A model generated the notes under the pieces. The model was not told the DNA's origin and did no database searches. It saw only the letters and a program-made list of their open reading frames with translations. A stretch of DNA of 64,000 nucleotides from Macrostomum lignano (taxonomy: Eukaryota): assembly GCA_002269645.1 (NCBI GenBank), contig NIVC01003278.1, positions 43,534-107,533 on the forward strand. The letters run 5' to 3'. Shown here piece by piece: positions 36,101 through 46,495 of this stretch. Both the position numbers and the translations under genes were made by a program. How positions within the stretch are numbered: the first letter of the stretch is position 1; the number at the start of each line of letters is the position of its first letter.

Positions 36101-36437
36101 GCAATCTATATGGTTGGTATCTATGTAACAACTAATACTGATCACATAACCAAACTTTCATCATGCAGCCGTCGACATGTGGTCAGCCGGAGCTGTAATA
36201 TTCTTCGTAGCAACCGGTTATTCACCTTTCGCACCGGCCATGCACGAACCCAAAGAGGTGGTCTACTCTCGCGTAGCAACCGTCGGCTGCGACTGGTCTC
36301 TGCTAGCTGGCCACGAGTCCGAGTCTCTTGTACAGCAGCTGCTAGTTAAAGAGGCCGACCGGAGGTTGAAAGCCGAGAAAGCGCTCAAGCACGATTTCCT
36401 GCGACAAAGGCCGATTAATAAAGTTGAAACTGATTGA
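18196..36437 (+). CDS. DRAK/STK17-like (DAPK family, CAMK group) Ser/Thr kinase. Exons 18196(or 18082)-18332, 18992-19286, ~19803-20073, 36169-36437; ~323 aa
   Basis: Spliced ELGR/GRFAKVV (G-loop), FAAK, ME (alphaC), [72 protein letters not shown]. All donors GT, acceptors AG, phases match (2,0,1). YEPIS and LLVK..R...E..L.H are STK17-like. Confidence 0.85.
19400..19700. repeat. Degenerate ~19-20-bp minisatellite (GGGATATTTTAGAGACACT) in kinase intron 2
   Basis: Diverged tandem copies. Confidence 0.8.
20145..20330. repeat. Minisatellite, 14-bp unit GAGAGTGACAGTTT
   Basis: Tandem copies just 3' of the donor at 20074. Confidence 0.9.
21500..21760. repeat. Minisatellite, ~29-bp unit CTCAATGGGGAGTTGCTGAGATGTCATGG
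   Basis: Tandem copies visible. Confidence 0.9.
24369..25079 (+). CDS. gag: Gypsy Gag (236 aa) with Cx2Hx9Cx3C (CHCC) knuckle
   Basis: [39 protein letters not shown]; C-terminal [18 protein letters not shown]. Confidence 0.92.
   Translation: MAQHTDSAVSLKLPTFWAAQPRAWFIQAEAQFTLRGITQDETKYAHLVAALDQQTAECLLDVLEAPPEANKYAQLKERLNSTFDLTPQQRASRLLSMSGLGDRRPSELMDEMLALLGNHRPCLLFEELFRQQLPPEVRMAMTTVSFADPRAAAQQADKLWASRPQLVAASVQQPAVELAQQAQPAVSAASRGARQRRPQQHRQDDGLCFFHRRFGAKARRCELPCSFQGNGQAGRQ
25052..25096 (+). promoter_or_regulatory. Predicted -1 programmed ribosomal frameshift signal
   Basis: Slippery G_GGA_AAC (25052-25058) in gag frame, 6-nt spacer, GC hairpin GCCGGC-C-GTC...GAC-A-GCCGGC (25065-25096). 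Confidence 0.8.
25052..28207 (+). pseudogene. pol: Gypsy Pol in -1 frame (protease, RT, RNase H, integrase), interrupted by in-frame TAG at 27818-27820 before the GPY/F module
   Basis: [71 protein letters not shown]; same frame after TAG reads [23 protein letters not shown] to stop at 28207. Confidence 0.9.
28781..30541. mobile_element. Non-autonomous DNA transposon with ~150-180-bp TIRs, flanked by TTAA, carrying an internal 151-bp tandem array
   Basis: TTAA|CAGTA..(28777-28785) and ..TACTG|TTAA (30537-30545); 28786-~28930 is the reverse complement of ~30365-30508; left TIR lacks 28 bp present in the right TIR; no transposase ORF. Confidence 0.9.
29159..30366. repeat. 151-bp satellite-like array, ~8 units, two variants in order A'-B-A-A-A-A-B-A''
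   Basis: GACACCAAG recurs at 29461, 29612, 29763, 29914 (period 151); variant B (GACGTCCTTTTGCAACTATGTC) at ~29310 and ~30065. Confidence 0.92.
31479..34725 (-). CDS. MBOAT1/2-like (oysgedart-type) lysophospholipid acyltransferase, 2 exons 34725-34384 and 32570-31479, 477 aa, nested antisense in kinase intron 3
   Basis: [49 protein letters not shown] (catalytic His); phase-0 GT-AG intron CYLQ/VKRI. Confidence 0.9.
33372..33674. mobile_element. Foldback MITE (~113-bp imperfect inverted arms, TA ends) in the MBOAT intron
   Basis: TATAGCTTTTTGCGATTGAATTCAGCCAAAC..GGACACACCGGCTAGCTGT mirrored by ACAGCTAGCCGGTGTGTCC..GTTTGGCTAAATTCAATCGCGAAAAGCTATA. Confidence 0.8.
35810..36120. repeat. Degenerate ~22-bp minisatellite GTCACTGTAGTCTATGGTTGGT upstream of kinase exon 4
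   Basis: Diverged tandem copies. Confidence 0.85.
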
Positions 36438-37014
36438 GAGAGATCAACTCCCGCCAGGTAATGTATAGTTTAGCTAGATTTTTTGAAGTCGAAAGACACA
36501 GAGAAGACTATACTCTTGTTTTTGCTTTTATCTGGAATTTTATACACTTCAGATCCAGCATTTTTCCAGTGCTTACTAAGGAGATTAGGGTGCCATATGT
36601 CTTAATCTCTTATCTCTTGCTTGGGGTGTGTCTACTTAACTCTCTCTCTCTCTCTCTCTCTCTCGCTCTCTCTATACTGGCATGGCGTGCACAAAATAAA
36701 CCTATTGGAATTTGAAAGCGAGGCGCCGCTGGCATGCTATTGAAAGATCGAATATCTGAGTATATTATCATAAAACCTAGTATGGTGTGGTCTTGTCCGC
36801 TTAAGTATACTTGTACATGGTATGGCTCGGTTTGTTTGCACTTAAAAGTTTGCGCGTGACCGAAGCAGCTGCAAAAATAAGAGGGTGTGAGAGCTACAGT
36901 GGAAGACTTGCAAGAGTCAATTTTGCTTGCAAGCGATTTGGCTTCCCATTGTAAAATCACACTTTCTGTCTGGTACGTACATGTCATAGGCCGGTGCTCC
37001 TGTCTCTTGGTGGG

Positions 37015-37790
37015 CGCCCCTGTCTCTTGGTGGGCGCCCCTGTCTCTTGGTGGGCACCTCTGTCTCTTGGTGGGCGCCCCTGTCTCTTGGTAGGCGCCCC
37101 TGTCTCTTGGTGGGCGCCCCTGTCTCTTGGGTGGGTGCCAATGTCTCTTGTGGGCGCCTGTCTCTTGGTGGGCGCCCCTGTCTCTTGGGTGGGTGCCAAT
37201 GTCTCTTGGGTAGGTGCCAATGTCTCTTGGTGGTCGCCCCTGTCTCTTGGTTGGGCAACAATGTCTCTTGGTGGGTGCCCTATCTATTGGTGGGTGCCCC
37301 CGTCTCTTGGTCTTGGGTGGGTGCCTTGTCTCTTGGTGGGCGCCAATGTCTCTTGGGTGGGTGCCTTGTCTCTTGGGTGGGTGCCTTGTCTCTTGGTGGG
37401 CGCCATATCTCTTAGATTGGCGCCCCTGTCTCTTGATGGGCGCCCCTGTCTCTTGGTGGGCGCCAATGTCTCTTGGGTGGGTGCCTTGTCTCTTGGTGGG
37501 CGCCCCATCTCTTAGATTGGCGCCCCTGTCTCTTGATGGGCGCCCCTGTCTCTTGGTTGGGCAACAATGTCTCTCGGTGGGCGCCCCTATCTATTGGTGG
37601 GTGCCCCCGTCTCTTGGGTGTGCACCAATGTCTCTTGGTGAGCGCCCTTGTCTCTTGATGGGCACTAATGTCTCTTGGCTGGGTGCCTTGTCTCTTGGTG
37701 GGCGCCCCTGTCTTTTGGGTGGGCGCCACTGTCTGTTAGGTGAGTGCTACTGTTTTTTAGGTGGGCGCCACTGTCTCTTGGTGAGCGGCC
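37015..37790. repeat. GC-rich minisatellite, ~20-bp unit CCCCTGTCTCTTGGTGGGCG
   Basis: Tandem copies, source of several spurious ORFs. Confidence 0.95.
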
Positions 37791-38482
37791 CTTAATTCCG
37801 TGTCTCTTAGGCCTGTGGTTTCCACGTCCAAGAGGTTGCATGAGCTCTCGTCATACGTCGAGCTTGGTTTGTCTCTCGTCTCGTCGTGCTTTAGTTTTAG
37901 GAGGAACGCAGTTTTTGTGGGGAGATTTGAGGGTCCCTAGTCCTCTAGATCCATAATTATAGCTAGCTACATTACATGTATACAACAACAACAACACAAC
38001 AACAACAAAATACATTGTCAGCCAGTCAAGCGTGGGACAATGTCACATGGCACGTTTAAAGGCCTGGGCGCGAACGTAGGCCGCACCGCCGGTAGTGTCC
38101 GGGGCACCAGCATCAGCCAGCAGGCAGTCGACGAAACGCCAATATTACATGTATACAAAAGTATACTATATCTCCGGCTCATTGTTAGTGGTACGAGTAT
38201 CTATAGCTCCTTTACTTCTGCACTTTAATTCTGTCGTTACTGCATGGCTATAATCAATGCTCACACACAGTGGCAAAGAGGCTATAACCACGCATACATT
38301 TATAGGTAGCTATGTATATAGTATTGTTTTTGACAATCTAAATGATAATTTGGACATTAAAAATGAGAAACGCATACAGCGAGCTGCAGCAGCTTGCTGG
38401 CAAACTGGTATTGGCCATAGAGTCCGTGGACAATCTAATCGATGAAAAGCCATTCTAAATGAGAATTTGGACATTCAAAATA

Positions 38483-39230
38483 TACCTTTTTGCGATCTAG
38501 TTTGCCAAAACTGCAATCAATTTTGCCCGCGGAAAAATATCACTTATAATTTTGCTGTCTAGGCCAAGTTTGCTCAGTCATGACCAGAGTTTCAGCCACA
38601 GACAACTCTTTGAAAACTGCAATCAATTTTGCCAAAACTGCAATCCATTTTGCCCGCGGAAAAATATCACTTATAATTTTGCTGTCTAGGCCAAGTTTGC
38701 TCAGTCATGACCAGAGTTTCAGCCACAGACAACTCTTTGAAAACTGCAATCAATTTTGCCAAAACTGCGACCCAGTTTGCCCATAGCAAGCCAAGAAGAA
38801 TTTTTATTGAGAATCAATTCGGAAGTGTGACGAAAAAAACTGTAACAGTGAACAATAAACAGCGAGTTTATAATGGTAGACGTAGGCACAAATGCTCTCA
38901 ATCATTGCATTGTTAAGGGACCTCCGCTTGGCACCTCCGCGAGGCAGAGGCTCTATACGATCGGTTGCGTTGAATTGTCCAACTATGTAAGTCAAGGTTC
39001 TTCGTGAGATGCCCAACAGCCTACCGAAATCTTGCCAGTCCTCTCCATCCTGATATGCTTGAATCAATCGCTGCCGGTCCTTCGCTGAATTCCTGTGTTA
39101 TAAGGTCCACGCTGGGCCATTCTTTGATCTTGCTATGTATGTCTGTGGTGTTTTCTTTGCTATGGGCAAACTAGGTGGCAGTTTTGGCAAAATTGATTGC
39201 AGTTTTGGCAAACTAAATCGCAAAAAGGTA
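38483..39230 (-). mobile_element. Internally deleted Tc1/IS630-like element with TA TSD, TIRs and a transposase N-terminal HTH remnant
   Basis: TA|TACCTTTTTGCGATCTAGTTTGCC ... GGCAAACTAAATCGCAAAAAGGTA|TA; minus strand MAQRGPYN(frameshift)SAKDRQRLIQAYQDGEDWQDFGRLLGISRRTLTYIVGQFNATDRIEPLPRGGAK from ATG 39120; 127-bp subterminal duplication (38580 vs 38707). Confidence 0.85.
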
Positions 39231-39371
39231 TAATAAAAAGCCATTTTAAGTGATAATTTTAGCTGCCAAATGTTTTCAACAGATTGTTTGAATTTTTAAC
39301 TGATTAACGGAACAATAACTCAACAAAAAGTCAATGTCGAGTGATTAAAAGTCAGAAGAACAAAAGACAAC

Positions 39372-39485
39372 AAAGGATGGCAGCATTGGCAGCTGCAGCA
39401 CCCTTGCTGCCTCTTTGATGGATTGCCCAGCGTTGATGGCATCGATCAGGCAACGGCGATCTGCTTCACTTGTTTGAGGCGGCAT
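39372..39485 (-). pseudogene. Second Tc1-like transposase HTH fragment
   Basis: MPPQTSEADRRCLIDAINAGQSIKEAARVLQL, same DRxxLIxA..G...xxxAxxL pattern as the neighbouring element; truncated. Confidence 0.55.
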
Positions 39486-41619
39486 TCTGCTGCTGCGGTG
39501 TGTCCGTTAAGCCAGGGCCCTGTGACACAAATTGCATCTCCCACAGTTAAGTCGTTCGAACTGCGGGCGTAGTGTGAATTGCTTCACTTGGGACTGAGAT
39601 CTGTAAAAATTTGACCACTGGTTTCGTGTTTTAAAGTGTACATATTAAATTAATCAATAAACGAAAACAAAATTAAAAAGATAGAAAGATTTTTCATTCA
39701 TTATTTCGTTTCAGATCTCAAATCACGGATGCGAGCACACCTTGGACGAAAAAAAGTGCATAGATTACGAGTCGAATTATATATAATTTAACACCCGCAA
39801 AAAGCTGTTAATAATTGCAGCCATACTGATCTTCCTTTTCTGCTATAAAATTTAACTTTATTTTGATAACCCCTGATATCGGCGTTTAATTTAAACAGAA
39901 AATTAATTATTATTTATGCATCTATTATATTATTTATGCATTATTTTTGTTCAGTTACATCAGCATGCATGTGTATTTTCTACCGAAATTGACAACCGAT
40001 CGCGAGGACCCCTAGCTGGAACTGCATTTGGCCGAGAGTCAGTATCATGTGCAGCAATCCGACTTCGTTGATGGTCGACCGATATGGTTGTTGGTGGTCA
40101 CCGACGTCGGATTGCTGTCGCGGGTATGGATCGAAAGAGATGCAGAGGTCCGCGGGGCCTCTGCATTGGCTTGATGCCGATGCGAAAAAAGATTATTCGG
40201 TTATAGTTCAATTTTTTTCTGTGCTGCATATATTTATATAGTGTACATAAAATGATTGTATAGTAGATAACGTTTTTTATTGTTTTTAATTTTTGTCAGT
40301 TTGTATTTTTACCTTTCCTGTCCAACTGAAAATGTAAATGATAGCTACATAGCGTATAGGCAAGTCACCTATTGGGTCTTAAACTTGGTATTTCTCACTG
40401 CACGCAGAGTTTTGTACTTAGCTAGTAGCTAGTGCACATGTACAGCATCGTTAAGTTAGACAAAGTTTAACCCAAAAGCTTGCAACTAAAAGTAATAACA
40501 ACAATAAACGAAATTTAAGTCTCTTAATTTCACACTGAGCCATCAATCCGAATCCACTAGCCATAGTCATTTTGCGTGATCACGGACGGATTGCACATGA
40601 ACCAATTGTTATTCCGATTGGCGAAATATCAAACCTTATGCCGAGGATATTGTTAGTTCAGGCTTACTTTCTATCCCATATAATTAATTTTTTACAAACC
40701 TAGCATGCTGAACGACAGCCTGATCTCATAGAATTGTCTTTACTCTTACCTTTTACTCTTTCTGGTCAAGTCAATTTGCTTTTTTGCCTTTTTTAAAACC
40801 TTCGCTATACAATTTAATAAACTATTTATCAAGGATCACTAGAAGTTACCGTTGTATCAGGAAGTAACACTCGCTTTTTATGGTAACTTTTTGTAGGCTA
40901 AAATTCGCCTAAATATCCATTAGCGAGATAGGAAACCTAAATTTTAATCCTAAGCACATGAAACTACATGTAATAACACATGTTCGGTCCGAGGTGGCTT
41001 AATCAGTTTATCGACTTAAATTCAGTAACTGCTACTAGTGACTGAACTAAAAAGGCGCAAAATTATAGCCTCCTTATTTATTAAATGTATTTTTTCTATA
41101 GTCGGCTTTTTCTCGTTCAAGGATTGTACTGTGGCTGTGGTAAAACCCCCATTTCTATACAGTGCACCTCGCTAATGCATTTTTAAGCAACACAAGAACG
41201 TGGTTGTCCTGACACAACGGAGTTAATGTTAGTGGTCCCTGCTAGCTATTGAAGTTTCGCTACCATATGCAAAAAGTTTACGAGTGAAAGAATGTTTCAC
41301 AAAAAATGTGGAGTAATCATTACCCCGAAAGTTTAGCATGTCATCTGACCATTTGATATTTTATATTTTGTATCAGGTTCACACGCCAATGTGCTGAGAG
41401 AACTATTTTTGTTTTACATTGTTAAAGACAGACTAAATAAACCTATACTCATGAACAACTTAGTAGAATCATTATTTTCATAGATTAGCGATGTAAACAG
41501 AGTACACACATTTGCAGAAAGAAACTCAACACAACAGAATATTCATCTTTTTTAATTAATTCCTTGTACATAAAATATTGCATGAAGGAACACGAGACTG
41601 TTCAAAGTTAGCCCAATAC

Positions 41620-42960
41620 ACTAGTCATGACAAAGAAAAAACAGACTCGAAATATGGCAAGGGAGGGACTTTACTAGACACAATTAATCAGCAACTCTGG
41701 ATTGCCTTTTGAAAAAGTTCAGAGACAACGCTCACCATAACCCCATGACGCAAGCTACCTGCTTAAAGCTAGCTATCGCCGACGAATACCAGACCCAAAA
41801 TATTAGAATTGATATAAAAGTCCGTTACACGTAGCAGTAGATGGATCTTCTTAGCATCACAATCAGATACAAGAAGTGCAAATTGCCAAGAATGGAAATG
41901 TACCTAAACTCACTAGTCTAAAAAGCTGTTCAACGAAACAATGATGAAGCAGTATCTTTCTCAATGCAAAAGTTTTTGTCCACAAGTGTTGCCTCAGTTT
42001 CAAACGAGTATAGTTTGTCTCAGCTGCTGGTCATTGACCAAACGTTCAGCTTCACTGATTGACCCAAACTCCCGGTCGAGTCAATCTTGCGTTAAAACGG
42101 ATCGAACCACTCAGATCCGCTATATAGTGATCAGTGAATGCTGAGCGATGTACGGAGCGTGGTGTTTACTGTCACAGCTCAGACAACAGATAAAATTGAA
42201 CCAGTTTAAACAGCCGTCAATTAAAACGAACTCAAGTGGTTGATTTATTTTAGAATCTGGTTCATAGGCGATGACAAGACACGGCTGAGAATTGAAAAAG
42301 GATCTGCAATTCAGGAGACTCTGTCTTGATCACCTTGTCCTGAGAATCCACATAAAAGTCGTGTGTTGTTGCAGCTGATGAGATTAAGCGGGGTGAACCC
42401 TGCAAAACTTAAATCTCCCTTTTGAGCTCATAAATTCGCTTACCAATGCAATCCTTGTCTGCAGACTCGCACAACTGCATCACTTCAGTCATATGCCTGT
42501 CAATGAGTATCTTTAGGCCTCTCTAATACTTCCGCTGCCCAGCCACGCAATCTTCGTCAGCTGTGTTATTATTCAGTTCGTAGACTCTCCTGGCGTCATC
42601 ATTGGCTTCCGCTGCCGCACATGCAGTCTCATACTAGTCCAGTGCAGCGAGGTCTCCCAGCTTCTGCAGTGCGCTGTCGTGTTTGACAATCAATAGGTTT
42701 GTCACAGGCTCTTACCATGTACATTATTCTGAGAATAGGTGTTGTCAGCGCTCAATTTGACGCCGCAGCCGCTATGTTTTGTCACCCTAAAGCAAAATTT
42801 TAGATTTCCATAATGGGTCACAAGGTGGAGTGGGGGGGGGGACAAAATATTGCCATGCCCTCCATAGCTTTTACTGGGGCGGTGACGACGCCCCTGGTCA
42901 CAGCCGTCTTCCAGTTGTTCAGCGAGTCCACAGCTGACTCCAGTCCATGCAATTGCACTG
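41620..42960 (-). pseudogene. Decayed paralog of the ZnF-coiled-coil-NHL family (not in ORF track)
   Basis: Fragments in paralog order: LESAVDSLNNWKTAVT | VTNLLIVKHDSALQKLGDLAALD*YETACAAAEANDDARRVYEL | LKILIDRHMTEVMQLCE | LSCDSKHHAPYIAQHSLITI/ADLSGSIR | ALLVSDCDAKKIHLL..GLVFVGDS | GNPELLI..SLAIFRV; stops, frameshifts, deletions. Confidence 0.85.
42708..42896. mobile_element. ~189-bp insertion in the pseudogene, flanked by a 7-bp direct repeat
   Basis: GTCACAG at 42701-42707 and 42897-42903; minus-strand end begins CAGGGGCGTC (hAT-like terminus); splits the TAVT/VTNL coding segment. Confidence 0.65.
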
Positions 42961-43911
42961 CGTTCTGAGTTCGCAACTATTTCTAAATAGTTTGCAAAGG
43001 AAATTATTAGAAAGTCATGAAGGCGAAATATTATTTTTTAACCACTAAAGCCGAGAGTGCTAAACGCCGGATAACATCCTTCTTTGTATTTTAGAGTTTT
43101 GGAGCACAAAAAGTCAATATTATTTATATTTCAATCTTATTTCGAATGTTAGCATTGAATAAATGGTATTGATAAACTTTAAAAAAACGTTTCTACGCTC
43201 GTAAAATCACAAAATACTTTAAAAAGGAGAAGACACGTTTGTGTTAAAAATCTTCTGGAATATTAAAGAATACAACCAGGGCTGTCGAATCAAATTGTTT
43301 GCTGGTAAACATCAGATTATAAACAACACTGAATTGAAAGCATCTGCAAAGAACGATAAAGATTAATAATCAAATTATTTATTGCAATATACTCGTAAAT
43401 TTAAGCTACTTAGGGGAAAACTGTAACTGTAAAAATCTGCAAGGCACAAATTCAGACGATTTTACACAATAGTTAGCACAAAATCAAGTGCATATTCGCC
43501 GACAAGCAAATCGGTACAAAATATTCAGGGTCAGTCTCATAGCATGGTGGATTTTAGTTAGCAGCTCGAAATTATACAGAACCAATAAAGCGCCTTCGAG
43601 AAGGTCCAAATACCCGAATTAACCCTAAATGGTAAAATGGATTTTCCATAGGTGGCTAAACTATTTTCGGTAACGCATAGTTTACAGGAATCTTGACACT
43701 TTCAGCACATTTCTCACGACGAGGCACTTGCTTACGATAAGCTAAAAGGTAAATTTACTATTAATACTATCAAACATTAAAGTAAATTATAAATTCGTTC
43801 TTGAGCAGTGTATATAGCACCTGGAGTAGAAAAACAATTATGAAGTAAAAACATGGTCACTGATTTATATTTGTCAATGAGCACGGTTCAAAAATCGGTA
43901 AATAAATAAAA

Positions 43912-45432
43912 TCAATTCAGACTGGGAGCGTTAACTTTGAAGATGCTGACAGCATTTCCACCCTTTTGACAAATTGCAAGCATTGGCACGTCGGCGTCAA
44001 GTACATCAAGGCCGTAAGGATCGGCCATGGCAGTAGAATCGTCTGGCATTCCAACGGTTTGCAGAACTTCTCCATCTTGTTTAAATACTCGAACCAGATT
44101 CTTAATGCTTTGACTAACAAATATGAGACCTGACTGGTGAGCAACAACATCAGCAGGGGTCGGAAGTTCATATGTTGCGATAAGCCGTCCGCTAATAGTG
44201 CAAATTTTGAGTACATGATTTGCATTCCAATCTGTCACCAGGATTGAGTTGCCAAGTGGTGATAAACCTTCATAAATCACACCTGCACACTCAGAATACA
44301 TTCCTGCCAGATTAATTTTGCTTATGAACCGGGTATCACTTTTCGACCAACATAAAATACTGATGCTCTTTTGCTCCAAGAGGTAAATTTTTTCGCTGCA
44401 ACCGCCAATCGCTAAAAACTTGTAGTCCGAATCGCTCGATTTTATAACATTTCGAATGTAACCATTTAAATCTGCAACAGTTACGCGGTCGGGCTGTCCC
44501 AGAAACAGCGCTTGGCGTTTGCTGTCGCAATGAATTCCAATAGAACGTATTGACCAATCAATGTCGCAGTTGACAGTAAGCCTAACAGATCCATCGAGCG
44601 AACACAAAAGGATATGGTCTTTCTTTGAGTCCACATGGAACATTACAAAAACGCACTTTGCTGGAACTTCTGCACCGCTGCCTGAAGAAGAGCCTACTTT
44701 TACTAATCGACCTGCTGAATCAGAAGTAAAACCTTCCGTGTTTGTGCAGGCAGCGACCCACTGAGGCTTGCCATCGAGCTCCAGAATCTCAGAGTGAAGC
44801 TCGCAGATCTCTTTCTCAATTACAGTTGTGTTAGCGACCTCGCAGCGCTGCACCACTTCTCTCATTTGCCTGTCAACCAGCAGAAGCAAGTCTCGCAGAC
44901 TGCCGCTCACATCACCTACAATTCTCCGAGCATCATCAATGCCCTCTGCAGTCTCTTCTGCATCAGCCTCTTCCAGCTTGTCTTCCAAGTCAGTGCATTT
45001 CAGCTCCATCTCAGAGCTGAGTTCAAAAACTTTTCTCAAGTCGTTGGCGCTCTCAGCTGCATCAACTGCGCTATCGTACTCCTGCAGCACAGAAAACTCA
45101 GTCAAATTTTCTAGAGCACCGTCGTGTCTCTCAGTCAGTCGTGTTGTCACTGATGTTCTCCACTTTGTCAACAAGTCGAAAGCTTCATCAAGCAGGTCGT
45201 CAGCAGCCTGAAGCTCGGCAGCCAGGGTCTGCTGGTAAGTTCTTAGCTGGTCTCTCTTAGCTTTCATAGGCGCCAGTTTGTTTTGCACAGATCTCTGCAG
45301 CTCTCGCACTTTTTGTCTGTCCTGATCAAGGTGCTTCTGGCACAGAGGCTGGGGGATGCGACCACCGCAACCCGAGACGGGGGCGCCGCAGCCTCTGATG
45401 AAGCACGCATCGGAAGTCGAGGCCTCAGACAT
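43912..45432 (-). CDS. Paralog A: intronless Cx4Cx15Cx2H finger, coiled coil, NHL-like beta-propeller (RING-less TRIM-NHL-like), ~506 aa
   Basis: MSEASTSDACFIRGCGAPVSGCGGRIPQPLCQKH; helical K/E/L/Q-rich segment; NHL-type blades PADVVAHQSGLIFVSQSIKNLVRVF and DPYGLDV. Confidence 0.85.
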   Translation of the reverse strand: MSEASTSDACFIRGCGAPVSGCGGRIPQPLCQKHLDQDRQKVRELQRSVQNKLAPMKAKRDQLRTYQQTLAAELQAADDLLDEAFDLLTKWRTSVTTRLTERHDGALENLTEFSVLQEYDSAVDAAESANDLRKVFELSSEMELKCTDLEDKLEEADAEETAEGIDDARRIVGDVSGSLRDLLLLVDRQMREVVQRCEVANTTVIEKEICELHSEILELDGKPQWVAACTNTEGFTSDSAGRLVKVGSSSGSGAEVPAKCVFVMFHVDSKKDHILLCSLDGSVRLTVNCDIDWSIRSIGIHCDSKRQALFLGQPDRVTVADLNGYIRNVIKSSDSDYKFLAIGGCSEKIYLLEQKSISILCWSKSDTRFISKINLAGMYSECAGVIYEGLSPLGNSILVTDWNANHVLKICTISGRLIATYELPTPADVVAHQSGLIFVSQSIKNLVRVFKQDGEVLQTVGMPDDSTAMADPYGLDVLDADVPMLAICQKGGNAVSIFKVNAPSLN

Positions 45433-46369
45433 GGGAGCGCAACTGCAAGTTGAGATGCACAATAGTTAACTGCATGTGGTGTGTATATATTTAACAATGT
45501 AAATGCACCACGTCTACGAGTGTATAGATTTGATTACGATTATGTCGTTGGGTTTTCATCATCAATGCTTTGAGTTAAATATCTCCGGAAAAAATATGAA
45601 CCATAAAACACATCAAACAAAAAGTTAAGTTCGGTAAATGCGAGCTACATAATAAAGAAGGCCATATGCTATCTATCAAAACCGGAGGAGCATTGAAGCT
45701 ACTGGATACGAATAACCAATAAAGACGCTAAACTCGTGTAAATGTAAGTGGTTTTGTATCAATCAAGGTTTCAACGTACTATATTTCACTGCAAAAAAAG
45801 TTTTCGGTTGGTAAGAAACAGTAATACAAATACAAGAAAGTAATATAAATATACCGTTATAATATTTATTTCGTACAGATCATACAAAAAACGCGAGACA
45901 GTTTGTTGCCCAAAAACCGATTGCTGAGAAAATTCACAATCCGTTGCAACAAAAGTAGCTTTAAAGTTGACAGTCGAAAAAAATCGCTGTAAAATTGACA
46001 TCGCAAAGTAAGAAAAAAGCACCTGTTAAATACCTGGTAAATTCTTTGAATGACGTAGCATATGGATGTACAATCATAAGAACACAGCCAATGAAGTAGT
46101 AATCGAGTTTTTATAATATGTACTAAGGAAGTATTGCAATGTAAGTACATACAAAATTTAAGTCTAGAGTTGACTGAAAACAGTAAAAAAAGCTTGCTGA
46201 GAGTTTTGTCCTTCAGTTTTTTTTTCAAGCCGCCACCACCCAGAGGTAAACGCCACTGTATTTTTGTAAAGCTAAGTTTATACTTAAAATCGATATCTAG
46301 TTGTGCCTTCTTATGCACTACTTATGTCACTATATTATTATGATACATCATAATACTGCAGAAAAACTG

Positions 46370-46495
46370 CAGACTTGAAATGGCAACTGACGAATTTTAG
46401 GCACAGAACCAGCAACTCCAGATTCGCTTTTGACGAGGGTCAATTAAACAGGTTTGTCTAGTTTTCACTGCGGCAGCGCAGCCTCTGATGTAGCA
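46370..46495 (-). pseudogene. N-terminal relic of a further paralog
   Basis: Minus strand CYIRGCAAAV (46495-46466) and later KIRQL; nucleotide GCAGCCTCTGATG shared with paralog A; no in-frame ATG, stop follows. Confidence 0.6.

Noticed and set aside
36917-37795. Multiple 60-190-aa ORFs on both strands
   Set aside because: Translations of the 20-bp GC-rich minisatellite
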